Shown here: one piece after another, positions 53,385 through 62,600 of the stretch
How positions within the stretch are numbered: position 1 is the first letter of the stretch
Layout: the number at the start of each line of letters is the position of its first letter
Origin: Amphiscolops sp. MND2022
Taxonomy: Eukaryota
DNA length: 64,000 bases
Direction of reading: 5' to 3'
Assembly: GCA_964187785.1 (NCBI GenBank)
Contig: OZ076409.1
Span: 3,102,001 to 3,166,000 of the forward strand
Program-made: the position numbers and the translations under genes
Notes under the pieces: model-generated
Told to the model about the DNA's origin: nothing
Database searches by the model: none
The model's input: the letters and a program-made list of their open reading frames with translations, nothing else

Positions 53385-56001
53385 CTTTGAATGTTGCAAA
53401 CTCAGTTGATTTAGATTTTGTATTATTTGTATTATTGTTTTTGTAGTATTAGTTCTTTAATGGATTACCAACATTGGGTACGGCCTCTGGATAGAGAGGG
53501 GAGAGAGAGAGAAAATTCTGCTACGTCGGAAAGATCGGTAGTAGTGTATTTACAACAATAGTTATTTTGGTGCCCAATATCTGTTTTTCTTTTGAGTTGT
53601 TAGTGATAGTTACAGAGGATATTAAGTACGTGTAAATCAACAAGTTCGTCCAACAGTTCACTTGAAGCATTGTCATCGGTATTTTTGTATCCTAGATCAT
53701 CGGTCGCGCATCGCTTTTTTGGTGTTCATCGTTATTACATCTCGTGGGAGTGTAAGTAATTCGTCAGCGTTTGATTTTTGATTTCTCATCTCATTTTCAT
53801 CACGTTTTCCTCGGTCGACCGTGCGACGTCGTGGAACCTGATTTTGTCATCGTTTTTACATCTTTCGGTGCGTCAGAAACATTGCATGTTGTTACATGTG
53901 GTTTTTCTACATATTTCATCATTTTTTCATCTTGCGTTTTGATTTCAGCACTTTCGTGCGTTATTTGCTATAGTTCATCGTTTTTGCATCGCCAGTTTGT
54001 CTTGTCCAGTTTTTGCTCATTTTGCTGTATAGTTCATCTTCTTTTCATCGTGCGTTTGAAATGTACGAATTTTGCGTGTTTTCGATGTTATTTGGCTATA
54101 ACGTAAGCAGGGGTTGCATTTTTCATGTCTGGGGGAAATTTTTATTAATATTGCGGTGTTTCGGAGTGTTTTCTTCATGTATTTTAGCGTTATACGGTTA
54201 TAACCGTTTGTCGTGTTTTTGAATTTGCATGAATTTTATGGTACATGTGTTTTGATCATCGTCGTCATGTTTCTAGTTTGTCAACTACGGAACGTCATTG
54301 CATGTATTTTTAGTTCGAATTCTGGTGACCGCCGCTTGCGTGGCAGTCGAAAATAATTTCACTCAGCAGTGGTACTGATAGCCTGTAGGCGTGCAAGGTA
54401 CTAGTGGCTTCAGTCCAAGGCTGGGTGAGTGGAGCTGCTCCGCTCCTTTCAGATGAATGGAATCTCGTAGTTTTGGGCTATATATAGTCTATATGTCATT
54501 TTTGCGGTTGGTTGTTTGCCATTATTCGTCGAAATGGGTTTGTCCATTTGACGGTCAGTCCGCTCAATTAATATGATTGACAACTACGGTTATGCATGTG
54601 TCCAGTTTTAGACTATCTGTTTCTTGTATTTGCATGTATGGATTGTTACATGATGTGTTCCTTTAAATGGGTTGCCCCATTATTGACATGTCGTTATATG
54701 TTCGGTGTTAGTTTCATGTGTTTTGATTTGATATTTTTATTTTCGTTCATTTGGACAGGGCTTTGTCGTCACAAAGCCCCTACAAAACTAACTGAGAATC
54801 CACTAGCCGCTGGATAACCAACGCAGCAAGCTTCATCCGAATATGGTTGTGAGCTCCCCGCCTCAACTAACCAGCACTCTTTTCAGAGAAATGCCAGCCA
54901 GCACGAAGGAATGTTTTGAGCTTTTCGATAGGGGTGTTTTGTATGTTATGAGCTGATGTTTACTGGGGGGTGCTCACTCCTTTGTTAGTTTTGTAGGTGT
55001 TTCGTCAGTTCTTATATTTTGCATGTAAGTTAGTAGGCTTCATGTATTTTCGATTGTTTGTTTCATTTTTATTCGTCTAGGTTTGGAATGCTTTGGTGTG
55101 AATTGCATATATTATCTCATTCATTTTTGAACGGTACATGTATATTTCGGTGCGTTGCTCATTTGTATTGCATGTAGTTTGGAATTGTTAATTTCTTTCG
55201 TGACGTCATTGATTTGGCAGGTCTTTGAACTTTACATGTATTGATCATTTCATTTTTGTGTCGCATAATTCTGTTTGCATGATTCGAAATAAAGTCGGTT
55301 GTTTTTTATCGTTTCGTGGAGTTACATGTTGTTTGAGAATTGGCTGATTTATTGTGATGTTATGTTGATGGTGTTTCCCATCACAAGGAGGTTTTGGTAA
55401 GTCATTTAATATTTTCGAATTTCCATTTAGACTAAATTCATCGTTTTGACATCCTCCAGCGAAGCTAGAGTATTGTGTAAGGTTAACGATAAATTCGGTC
55501 ACGATTTGATGGTAGTGCCCATCACAAATTCATCTCGTTAATTGATTTCATGTAATTTATGAATAATTGGATCTAGTTCATCACTATTTCATCCTCTAGC
55601 CGAGCTAGAGTCTTATGATAGCATGAACGTGAGTGCGTTCGCATTCTGATGGTATTTTCCATCTCGAATGCATCGCTAGTAAATATTGCATGTTGATTGG
55701 TCGAATTTTTGGCTGAGTTCATCACTTTTTCATCTCTCGTGTGTCTGAGCTAAATTTTCAAGTGGTTTTATCCTTTTTTCATTTCGAATTTTTGTGTGTT
55801 ATTTTTTCCTGGTTTTTTGGTCGTTTTTCATCCGCTTTACATCGTGCTTTGTTTTTATACGTTTTTCATGTGATTTTTAGTAACTTTTCATCCATTTTAC
55901 ATCTTCATGTGTTTTTTAAGTTAAAATTGCATGTAATTCGTTCGCTTTTGTGATCTGTTCATCCGTAACACATCTCAAATTTAAAATGAGAGTTTTCTTG
56001 G

Positions 56002-59000
56002 CTAAATCGTTACGTCTATTTTGTTGGTCTTTCTCAGTGCGTTTCTAGCTGAAGTAATCTCATGAATGAGGAAGTCTGGATACTTTTTCGGTGTAGGGTT
56101 CTCACGTAACCTGTACCTACTTTGATTTGATCTAGACGGTCTAGAACTCATCCTTTCTTCATCTTCATTTTGCGTGTTTGTCTGTTGTGACTGATTTTCG
56201 TGTTGTTCGTCTCTCAGAGGTACTCTTATCCTACTCTCATCGCGGGGAGGCGGTAGAATAATTTCTTCTCGCGTTCCAAATCTAACTGTAGGTGGTCTAA
56301 AGTTGTTGTGGTCAGTTTCTACTTGCTGATAGTCTATTCTCGTGGTTATTTCTGGTGGAATTACTTGTGGAGTGTGTTGTTCTTGTACCCGCGGAATTAT
56401 TTCTTCTGAAGGCTCTTCTTCGACTAAGTCTTGATCTAGATTGTCATTCTCATTCTGATCTACCTCGTCGGTCGTCGGAATATTCGAGTCGAAAATGTCC
56501 GTGTCTTCAACCCTTTCGGTGTCTGGGTAGAGATGTTTGGACACGTTGATGTCGTCAATCGGAAATTCCGGTTTGAACAATCTCAGTCGCATGCGATGTA
56601 CGCACTGAGTTTGGTGTGTGCCTACTTTGCGGATGATGTAGTTGCTATCGGATAGCACTTTAATCACCTTGTACGGTCCTTTCCAATGGAAAGTTTTAAA
56701 CTCTTCTTTGCTTCTCTGAGAGTCGTACTTAGGATCTAGTAGGAACACAAATTCATTCACCTTCAGTGGCTGTGCTCGTGCTTTTCTATCATAGTACGTT
56801 TTGTACTTGTGATAGGCGGAAATGATGTTATCTAGATTGTCTCTGAAGATAAAATTCATTTTGTCTAGAATTTCGTTCACGTCCTTACACTTTGTTTCAG
56901 CCGGTTTGTTTGCGTTTCGGAATTGCAGATCTAGTGAGTTGTATGGTGTTCTTCCGTGGAAAGTTTCAGTTGGTGAACATTTCAGTGAATCATGATACGT
57001 TGTGTTATGGGCCATGATTGCTATGTCGACATAGCGGTCCCATTGTGGTCTGTCTGCGTTTACACTAATTTTAAGGATCTTTTTCAGTTTCGCGTGCGTT
57101 CTCTCCACCATGCCTATTGTCTGCGCGTGCTTTATCGTGGCATGGGAGATGTGAATATCAGCCGCTTTCGCGATTTCAGACAGAAGTTCAGCCGTGAACG
57201 CCGTGCCCTTGTCCGTCAGAATGTGTTTGGGCACATACGCGTGTTTTGTGAAGATCGACAGTAATCCTCTGACTACGGAATGTGTATCAGGTCTCTTCAG
57301 CGGAACGGCGAACAGGTAGCGCGAGAAAACGTCAACAGCCGTCAGAATGTGTGTAAAACCGTTCGATGCCGGGAGTGGACCAACGATGTCTATTTCCAAC
57401 AGGTCTTCTGGTCCGTCGCACGGGTCGTAGATTTTTTGTAACGGTGGACGTAGTTGCGTTTCTTTTACACTTTTAGACTTCATGCAGTTTTCACATCCGT
57501 CAAGGACTTTTTGAACTTTACAGGCTAAGTTGGGAGAGTAATATCTTTTACGAAGTTCATACAACATTTTCTTTAAACCAGGGTGTCCTTGTACCGGGCT
57601 GTTATGTAGAGTCCTAATTATTTTCAAAATACAGTCTTCAGGAACGACTAACTGCTTGTGAGACTCTAGTCCCGTGTGATCAAAAAACTGTCTGTACAAG
57701 ACACCGTTTACAACTTGTAGGCGTTTTCGATTTTTGTACAACTTTTGAAAAAACTGGTCTTGCATATTAACTGGGTGTTGCAAAATTTCAGTACCTTCTA
57801 AAAATCTAATCATTTTTTGGATAACCCAGTTATTTTTCTGGACTTGAATTAGATCGATCCCCTCGGCGGGGCTAACCTGACTCCTTACCGGGTGTGATAA
57901 TGATACTTTACGGATGAATTGCGAGAGTTGAATTGGCTCGTCCACGTCTGTGAGGCGGTACGTCAGATGGTTGTCAGTCGCGAAGTCATCTGAGGCCGCT
58001 GTTCTCTCACAGTTGGTGAACTTCATCCCTTTCCCATCGTCATGAGCCACGTCAGTGCCAGTTGCCAATTTCATCTCTTTGACATCCTTCTGGCGTTTGC
58101 ATCTGAGTGGTTCGCTCGCGGGAAAGTAATCAGGCTCGTCTTCCTCCTGTTTTGGTGTACGGGAGGCGATGTCGATCTCGATTCTGTGAATTGGAATAGT
58201 ATCAGTCAATTTTAAATGTACACGGTCTTCAGGTCTAATCTCAAGCCGAGATAAGTAATCCGCTGCGGGATTTTCAACTCCTGGAACATGTGCTAATAGA
58301 AAATTGAACTGAAGGGTTTGATCGCAAAAATTCCAAAGTGATGGCGGGATATGCTTCGCCTGGAAAAATCTAGTCAAGGCCTTATTGTCAGTCATAACAA
58401 TGATGGGTTTTTTCGCACCCCACAAAATGTGGCCAAATTCATCGAAGGCAAAGTGCATAGCTAAAAACTCTTTGGCATACATTGTTAGAGACATCTGGCC
58501 GCCCTGAATTTTCTTAGAGCCAAATGCAACAGGGGCGTATGTATGTTTGACTGACGGGTCTGCATAATCCTCGATTAACAACACATAGCCGGCAGCGTGT
58601 TCGCTGGCGTCACACATGATTACCAATTGTTTATCTGGTAATGGCAATTTCAGAGACACTTTTGTTGCTTTTAACAAACTTTCATTAATTTCAAAAATAG
58701 CATCTTTATGTTGTTGGTTCAGCTTGAAAGGGACGTCTTTCTTGATGAGTTCTTGTAAACAACAAGTTTTATCAGCTAGACGGGGAATATAAGACCTGTA
58801 AAAGTTTACAAAACCAAGATAACGTTGCAACGCTTTCACTGAATTAGGGGGTTTCAACTTGGTTAAATAGTCTGTTACGCGTTTTTCGATGGGAGCAATA
58901 CCAGTGCTAGAAATGGTTTTTCCCAAGTACTCAATTTGTTTTTGTCCAAATTCACATTTACTCATGCTAAGTTTAAGACCAGCTTTGTGCAATTGTTGAA

Positions 59001-61095
59001 AAACAAGTTCAAGGTTAGTAATCAATTCTTCGGGTGAGTGTGCTGCAATTCCAATATCGTCAACATATTGGGCACAGCGGTCCGCTTTGACCAAGGGGTC
59101 CAAATACTCACGGATTACTCCTGTGAATGCTGACAAAGAACGATTAAGACCTTGTGCTAGACGTAAAAATGCAAAAGTTCTAGACCCAAAATTAAACGAT
59201 AACAGTTGGACAGATTGCTCATCGGCCATTGGAATGCAATGGTAGGCCTGGGAACAATCAAGTTTGCAGAAGTACTTTTTCCCGGCCATGTGTTGGGCAG
59301 CGTCAGCAATTGTTGTTACGGGATGATTGTGCTCACCGTAATCGTTTTTGATCAGGTGGTTTATTCTTCTCAAGTCAACTAAAATCCTCAATTTACCATT
59401 AGGTTTACGCTGAGCAAATATCGGGGAAGAGTATTTGCTGTGAGGCAAAGTAGTTATAATCCCGTACTCTTGCATTAGAGCTAACTCCACGAGCAAATCG
59501 TCCTTCAAATTTGTCGGAGTCGGGAGACTTTGTGAATAAACAGGTTCTTCATGTTGAGGTGTTAACTTAACTTTAAAATCAGTGTTCATGCCAATATCAA
59601 AACGATGTCTAGCAAAAATGGAGTTGTACTTTACCAGCAACTCCTTTACCTGTAACCGTTGAGACGGAGTAAGAAGCGAGTCGTCCCAGTTGAAGTTCTT
59701 CAGGAAGTTCATCCGTTGTTCATCGGATTGGGACGGGTCAAGCTTCTCGAGCTCTCGCAGTGCCAGAATCTCATCATAAATCCGTCGCTCAATTGCGTTG
59801 AGTTTGTCTGGCTCACTGCACGTCTCGGGAGTTGGGTACCACTTGGTTGACTTCATTTCAGGGTTCACGAACAGTTGGTTGATCACTGCTTCGGCTTCAT
59901 CTGGGTACTTGGTGATCAAGTTCAAGTGTTCCACTGGCATGGGCGTGATGTTTGCCGCCTGGTGTGGTGTCGGGATGCGAAAGTGTGCCAGAGTGGTATT
60001 GGCTTCAAGTGTGTACGTGTGGTTGTTTGGGTTGGTGACCTGGATTGTCGTCTTGCCCTCGTCTAGGTCAACCAAAGCTGGAGAAACAAGCAAACACGTC
60101 TTTCGCATGAATCCAGGTGAGCCCTCAACTGTACCAGTTGTAAGTGAGATGTCCTCGTCACTGTGGACCTGTATCATCACTTGATGGAGAGGAGGGATCA
60201 CTGTTCTAGTACTGGAACACAAATCAATTAAACCAGTTTTGAATCTGTTGTTCTTTTGCTGTCTAACTTGCATGGACATCATGTGATTAGGGAAGTGGAC
60301 AAGGTGGTTTTTGATGTCTAAGTTGACTGAGTACTTTTCAAAAAAGGACATTCCAATTAAAATTGTTCCCATTGTTGGAAGGATTAGGAACGTTTCTTCA
60401 AATACTTTTCCAGCAACGCAAAATCTAAGTAAGACTTGCTTACGCACTGGGACTAAGTTCCCGTTTGCTATTTGAATTTTGAAATTCGGAGGGGGGAATT
60501 CTTGAAGGATGGCTTCTGGATGAGCCGTTGTTATTTTTCGCAATTCGGCTCCAGACATTGCACTTTGTATTGCGCCTGTGTCTAAAAGTGCGCTGTTTTC
60601 GTATTTGTCAAACTGAAGAGGGACGTAAAGCATTTTATCTTTTTTGTTTAAATGTAAAGTGGGACTGAGAACGTGAATTTCTGTTTTAGTTGCATGTTTT
60701 TTAGCTTTTGAAGCGTTAATACTACTCTGTTTTGCATGTTTTTTAATACTAAGCCGTTTGTCGATTGTTGAGTGTGAAGTCGAGTCGTCGTCTAGATGGT
60801 GGGTTTCCATCTCTTTGGCATCTTCCACCTGCCTCATGGTGTTTGGTTGCCAGTTCATCGTTTGTTCATCGTTGATTTCAGCGAGTGAAGAAAAGCGGCT
60901 GCCGTTGAGTTGACGTGCATTTCTCATCGCTTTTTCATCGTTGGAAAGTCTTCGCTGATAGACGTCGTCAGCTTTTGGTCGTTTGTCCAGTGAAGGCTGC
61001 CATTTCTTCATTGGACGGTTGTGAGTCTGTTGTTGAGTCGTCAGTCGTTTGTCGCGCGTGTCGTTGGTAGCGGACGGAAATCGTGGCGGAATCAA
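56002..61095 (-). CDS. pol: Pol polyprotein (protease, RT, RNase H, integrase), probably expressed as Gag-Pol by -1 frameshift
   Basis: 1697-codon ORF: LLDTGA (PR), YVDD (RT), CDAS/TDNKAL (RNase H), H-x6-H..CENC zinc motif, DIVGP/TDKG/ERTH catalytic triad, WKGPY (GPY/F motif). Confidence 0.97.
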   Translation of the reverse strand: MIPPRFPSATNDTRDKRLTTQQQTHNRPMKKWQPSLDKRPKADDVYQRRLSNDEKAMRNARQLNGSRFSSLAEINDEQTMNWQPNTMRQVEDAKEMETHHLDDDSTSHSTIDKRLSIKKHAKQSSINASKAKKHATKTEIHVLSPTLHLNKKDKMLYVPLQFDKYENSALLDTGAIQSAMSGAELRKITTAHPEAILQEFPPPNFKIQIANGNLVPVRKQVLLRFCVAGKVFEETFLILPTMGTILIGMSFFEKYSVNLDIKNHLVHFPNHMMSMQVRQQKNNRFKTGLIDLCSSTRTVIPPLHQVMIQVHSDEDISLTTGTVEGSPGFMRKTCLLVSPALVDLDEGKTTIQVTNPNNHTYTLEANTTLAHFRIPTPHQAANITPMPVEHLNLITKYPDEAEAVINQLFVNPEMKSTKWYPTPETCSEPDKLNAIERRIYDEILALRELEKLDPSQSDEQRMNFLKNFNWDDSLLTPSQRLQVKELLVKYNSIFARHRFDIGMNTDFKVKLTPQHEEPVYSQSLPTPTNLKDDLLVELALMQEYGIITTLPHSKYSSPIFAQRKPNGKLRILVDLRRINHLIKNDYGEHNHPVTTIADAAQHMAGKKYFCKLDCSQAYHCIPMADEQSVQLLSFNFGSRTFAFLRLAQGLNRSLSAFTGVIREYLDPLVKADRCAQYVDDIGIAAHSPEELITNLELVFQQLHKAGLKLSMSKCEFGQKQIEYLGKTISSTGIAPIEKRVTDYLTKLKPPNSVKALQRYLGFVNFYRSYIPRLADKTCCLQELIKKDVPFKLNQQHKDAIFEINESLLKATKVSLKLPLPDKQLVIMCDASEHAAGYVLLIEDYADPSVKHTYAPVAFGSKKIQGGQMSLTMYAKEFLAMHFAFDEFGHILWGAKKPIIVMTDNKALTRFFQAKHIPPSLWNFCDQTLQFNFLLAHVPGVENPAADYLSRLEIRPEDRVHLKLTDTIPIHRIEIDIASRTPKQEEDEPDYFPASEPLRCKRQKDVKEMKLATGTDVAHDDGKGMKFTNCERTAASDDFATDNHLTYRLTDVDEPIQLSQFIRKVSLSHPVRSQVSPAEGIDLIQVQKNNWVIQKMIRFLEGTEILQHPVNMQDQFFQKLYKNRKRLQVVNGVLYRQFFDHTGLESHKQLVVPEDCILKIIRTLHNSPVQGHPGLKKMLYELRKRYYSPNLACKVQKVLDGCENCMKSKSVKETQLRPPLQKIYDPCDGPEDLLEIDIVGPLPASNGFTHILTAVDVFSRYLFAVPLKRPDTHSVVRGLLSIFTKHAYVPKHILTDKGTAFTAELLSEIAKAADIHISHATIKHAQTIGMVERTHAKLKKILKISVNADRPQWDRYVDIAIMAHNTTYHDSLKCSPTETFHGRTPYNSLDLQFRNANKPAETKCKDVNEILDKMNFIFRDNLDNIISAYHKYKTYYDRKARAQPLKVNEFVFLLDPKYDSQRSKEEFKTFHWKGPYKVIKVLSDSNYIIRKVGTHQTQCVHRMRLRLFKPEFPIDDINVSKHLYPDTERVEDTDIFDSNIPTTDEVDQNENDNLDQDLVEEEPSEEIIPRVQEQHTPQVIPPEITTRIDYQQVETDHNNFRPPTVRFGTREEIILPPPRDESRIRVPLRDEQHENQSQQTNTQNEDEERMSSRPSRSNQSRYRLRENPTPKKYPDFLIHEITSARNALRKTNKIDVTI

Positions 61096-62600
61096 AAACC
61101 CTGATTTATGTCTTCATCAGAGTAGCTTTCTTGGTCTTCTTCTTCGGCAACTGCTTGCATAGGGTTCATCGGCTTTTGTTGTCGTTTTAAATCTTGTCTT
61201 CTAGTTTTGTTGTCATCTTGTGAATTCGTTGCGTATGGAATCTTTCCATATGCAGAACTGCTTTCTTTAGGGACGCGTCGTCTGCAACCCCTTGCTGAGT
61301 GGCCTGTGTAACCGCAAATCTGGCAGACCAATTTTGGATTGTATTTCGGCTTATCTGGATCGGCTGCTTTCTTCATTGGGATTGCATCCTCCTTCTTTAT
61401 GCCGTTCGCTTCGTCTCGTTGTCGGGCGCGACATTCCGTTTTGCGGTGTCCTGTCTTTCCGCAGTAGAAACATTGTCCCTCAAATCGTTTTCGTTCTGTC
61501 GGTTGCGTGGTCGTCGTTGTTGTTGTGGGCTTCGTCGTTGTAATCGTAGGTGGTGCTGAGGAGGTGACCGCGTTAAATGGTTGGATTGCCGTAGGTGGCG
61601 CGACGTACTGCTGGTACTGGTATTTTCGCATTAGGTAGGTTTTGATTTCCTCTGGGGAGCTCTCTTCTTTGTTTGCCATAGTGAGCTCTTGTTGAATCTC
61701 GACTGGCAGTTTTCCAAACAAGAACATTTTGATTATTCTGTCGGCCTCATTGCCGAAGGCTTGTTTGGCAGTCTTCTTGAGATTTTTGAGGAAATCTCCG
61801 AATGTTTCTGTTGTGGGATCATAGCGTGCTTGGTCCCATTTGTAACGGGCCACTTCCTTTAGATCCTCTTTTGCAAATTCTTTTCTGAAGAGGTCGAGTA
61901 CATCCTTTAGTGTTGTCATTGGCGTTATCTGGATGGATTGCCAGTATTCTATTGCGTCATCTCTCAAAAGGCTTTGAAAGAAGTGTAGTTTGTTCTCCTC
62001 GGTGATTTTGTTGGCAAGCGGGCTAAGGTGGTTGAGGAGAAGGTGCTCAAATTCGACGAATTTGTCTTTTTGGCCTCTGAAATTTGGCACGTGTGTCTGC
62101 AGAAGCTTCGTGTTGGTGGTTGTGTTTTTGATCCGTTGGGGGATCGTCTCGATTGCATAGAGTAGTCGTTCCTCATTGCTTCTGGGGGTTGATTCTCCCT
62201 CTTCGTCTGAATCGTCTTCTTGGTAACTTCTGAAGTTGGTGAAGCTGGTTGTCGGGCGGGTGGAGCGGGTTTCTGTAGCTCCTGTCACCATGTCGAGCCC
62301 CACTGTGTGGGCCGGCTTTGAAGGACCTTTCGAAGTTGATGGCCGATTTTCACTGTCTGTCTTACTTATAACGGCCATCATTAAGTCCTTCAGTTGACTA
62401 AACTCATTTTGTAACTCGTTTATCTTTCTTTCATAACTCTCTTTTATTTCAGACAACTGAGACGAGATGTCAGAAGTTTCGTTACTATCGGAGTCATTGG
62501 CAGATGACTGGGCCATGTCTGGATTAATTGGAATAGATGTTTCAGACGAAGAACTAATAATTTTACCACTTCTGAGCTCAGTACCTTGTTCTGGATTCAT
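61092..62600 (-). CDS. gag: Gag (502 aa) with two CCHC zinc knuckles; starts inside the 5' LTR
   Basis: CFYCGKTGHRKTEC and CQICGYTGHSARGC; capsid-like central region; N-terminal coiled-coil; directly upstream of pol. Confidence 0.93.
   Translation of the reverse strand: MNPEQGTELRSGKIISSSSETSIPINPDMAQSSANDSDSNETSDISSQLSEIKESYERKINELQNEFSQLKDLMMAVISKTDSENRPSTSKGPSKPAHTVGLDMVTGATETRSTRPTTSFTNFRSYQEDDSDEEGESTPRSNEERLLYAIETIPQRIKNTTTNTKLLQTHVPNFRGQKDKFVEFEHLLLNHLSPLANKITEENKLHFFQSLLRDDAIEYWQSIQITPMTTLKDVLDLFRKEFAKEDLKEVARYKWDQARYDPTTETFGDFLKNLKKTAKQAFGNEADRIIKMFLFGKLPVEIQQELTMANKEESSPEEIKTYLMRKYQYQQYVAPPTAIQPFNAVTSSAPPTITTTKPTTTTTTTQPTERKRFEGQCFYCGKTGHRKTECRARQRDEANGIKKEDAIPMKKAADPDKPKYNPKLVCQICGYTGHSARGCRRRVPKESSSAYGKIPYATNSQDDNKTRRQDLKRQQKPMNPMQAVAEEEDQESYSDEDINQGF
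61095..61101 (-). other. -1 ribosomal frameshift slippery heptamer G GGU UUU
   Basis: Gag ends CAG GGT TTT TGA. The -1 frame reads GGG TTT TTG ATT CCG into pol and is closed by TGA TGA four codons upstream. Confidence 0.8.
62279..62290 (-). other. Primer binding site TGGTGACAGGAG
   Basis: Begins with TGG immediately after the terminal CA of the 5' LTR. Primer tRNA not determined. Confidence 0.75.

Noticed and set aside
56002..56500. Chromodomain at the integrase C-terminus
   Set aside because: The tail is acidic and low-complexity, without recognisable chromodomain residues.
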